From: Naegleria gruberi
Taxonomy: Eukaryota
DNA length: 64,000 bases
Direction: 5' to 3' (one strand)
Assembly: GCA_000004985.1 (NCBI GenBank)
Contig: GG738879.1
A program made the position numbers and the translations under genes. Of this stretch, positions 63,047-64,000 are shown piece after piece (the stretch's first letter is position 1; each line of letters opens with the position of its first letter). The notes beneath the pieces were generated by a model, which saw nothing but the letters and a program-made list of their open reading frames with translations, ran no database searches and was not told the DNA's origin.

Positions 63047-64000
63047 TTATTCACTAGTTTTGGTTTTGTACTCTTTAAGTAGATCGTAACTATCTGATTT
63101 TAAATTTACAGCTACATGTACAGTGGCAAGTTCAAATAATTCCTCAATAATTGCCATCTCCGATGAACCAGAAACATCTTCTGTTTTCCATTTAGAAAAC
63201 AGATTCTTCCACTGAGCCAAAACCTCACATAATTTTTCTTCTGCAAACTTCTTCAATCCAAATAACATGTACAAATCACTGACAACAAAGCATTCAATCA
63301 ATGCCTCACTAGGTATTGGATTTCTTTCAAATACAGAGGTTCCACTGTACATGTATTGATTAATAATCCAAAGGGTTGTTGCGGAAATATCTTGAACAAC
63401 GAATTCATCCATATTGGTAGAATTATTATGAGATAATGATTCATATTCCAAAACCTTTCGTAAATATTCACTTCTGCATGCTAAAATACATCTGTGAGAA
63501 GGAATTCCACTTTCTTCCTTAATTGTGGTTAAAACTTTGTTATAGTGTACATTCTTACTAGATGCAATTGCTTCATCCACAATATTTCCATAGGATTGTA
63601 ATTGAATGTCGTAATGTTGATCTAAATTCAAGTGCTGATTTGAAAAGTATGCCTTAAAATCAGCATTAATGGGGGAAATTGTCTTATTGTAAGATAATGA
63701 TCTGATGTATGCCTTCTTATAATTCTCAAATTGGTTTTGTGAACCGTATGAACCTCGCACGTGGAGGGTGAATAATATCTTGTCAGTATCGTCAAATAGG
63801 CAAGAATATGCTTGAGAAACACTTGAACTGAGCCCAGAGTTCTTATATTGAGGTACAATAAGGCGAAGGGATTTTTTGGTTTCTTCATTATGAATAAAAA
63901 TACTGAATGAGTGTAAAGAGTCACACATTTCGTCTTCCTTCTTCTTGATTTCATTTTGTTGTTCTTGTATACCCAAACTGGAAGGTACTAATTCATTCAA
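63047..64000 (-). CDS. BTB/POZ (plus BACK-like) domain protein. This is the 3' part only, and the gene continues beyond the window end.
   Basis: The frame is open to the window edge. BTB core …HRCILACRSEYLRKVLEYES…DEFVVQDISATTLWIINQYMYSGT…. Confidence 0.55.
   Translation of the reverse strand: MNELVPSSLGIQEQQNEIKKKEDEMCDSLHSFSIFIHNEETKKSLRLIVPQYKNSGLSSSVSQAYSCLFDDTDKILFTLHVRGSYGSQNQFENYKKAYIRSLSYNKTISPINADFKAYFSNQHLNLDQHYDIQLQSYGNIVDEAIASSKNVHYNKVLTTIKEESGIPSHRCILACRSEYLRKVLEYESLSHNNSTNMDEFVVQDISATTLWIINQYMYSGTSVFERNPIPSEALIECFVVSDLYMLFGLKKFAEEKLCEVLAQWKNLFSKWKTEDVSGSSEMAIIEELFELATVHVAVNLKSDSYDLLKEYKTKTSE

Noticed and set aside
1-64000. Search for CRISPR arrays, operons, integrases/transposases, or defence-system gene clusters.
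   Set aside because: The sequence is clearly eukaryotic nuclear DNA, with spliceosomal introns, Pol III genes with T-run terminators, and eukaryote-specific proteins. I saw no direct-repeat/spacer array, no transposase- or integrase-like ORF and no terminal inverted repeats.

Overview
This 64 kb window is eukaryotic nuclear DNA, not prokaryotic. It is AT-rich and gene-dense on both strands, with about 40 protein-coding genes, two tRNA genes (His-GTG and Lys-CTT), two dispersed 5S rRNA genes, and one 50-N assembly gap. Genes have few introns, and those introns are very short (about 40-130 nt) with GTAAGT, GTAGGT or GTATGT donors and AG acceptors. Codon usage is yeast-like (TTG, AGA, CCA, GGT, AAG, GAA). 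Many proteins carry N-, Q-, S- or T-rich low-complexity tracts.

The supplied ORF track appears to accept non-ATG starts. For example, the 'M' at 17619 is a TTG Leu inside an exon. I therefore re-derived ATG starts and splice junctions by eye.

The window contains an intraflagellar-transport gene (IFT139/TTC21B), a bacterial-type mitochondrial AspRS, dispersed 5S genes unlinked to rDNA, and several Gα/GPCR genes. I infer, without certainty, that the source is a free-living amoeboflagellate such as a heterolobosean (Naegleria-like).

Recognisable housekeeping genes:
- proteasome lid subunit RPN12/PSMD8
- a CNOT2-like protein
- an SLC5-type sodium:solute symporter
- an ABC1/ADCK kinase
- mitochondrial AspRS
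- a standalone tryptophan synthase beta chain
- a glutathione peroxidase
- a PhyH-type dioxygenase
- a DDHD phospholipase
- a CaCA exchanger
- a BBOX/TMLH-type dioxygenase
- S-adenosylmethionine decarboxylase

Most worth a second look:
- a signalling neighbourhood around 32.7-43.8 kb, holding a myristoylated Gα-like protein with degenerate GTPase motifs, an F-box/LRR protein, a 7TM receptor with a C-terminal RGS domain, and a DUF4116-repeat protein
- a C2-domain fused to a YiiX/C92-like permuted papain amidase
- a GPI-anchored LPMO-like protein with an N-terminal His
- a secreted poly-cationic tandem-repeat protein
- a secreted mucin-like protein ending in a papain-fold (CHAP/C39-like) domain
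- an SAMDC leader with a GC-rich island and a spliced uORF

I found no CRISPR array, operon or other prokaryotic feature.
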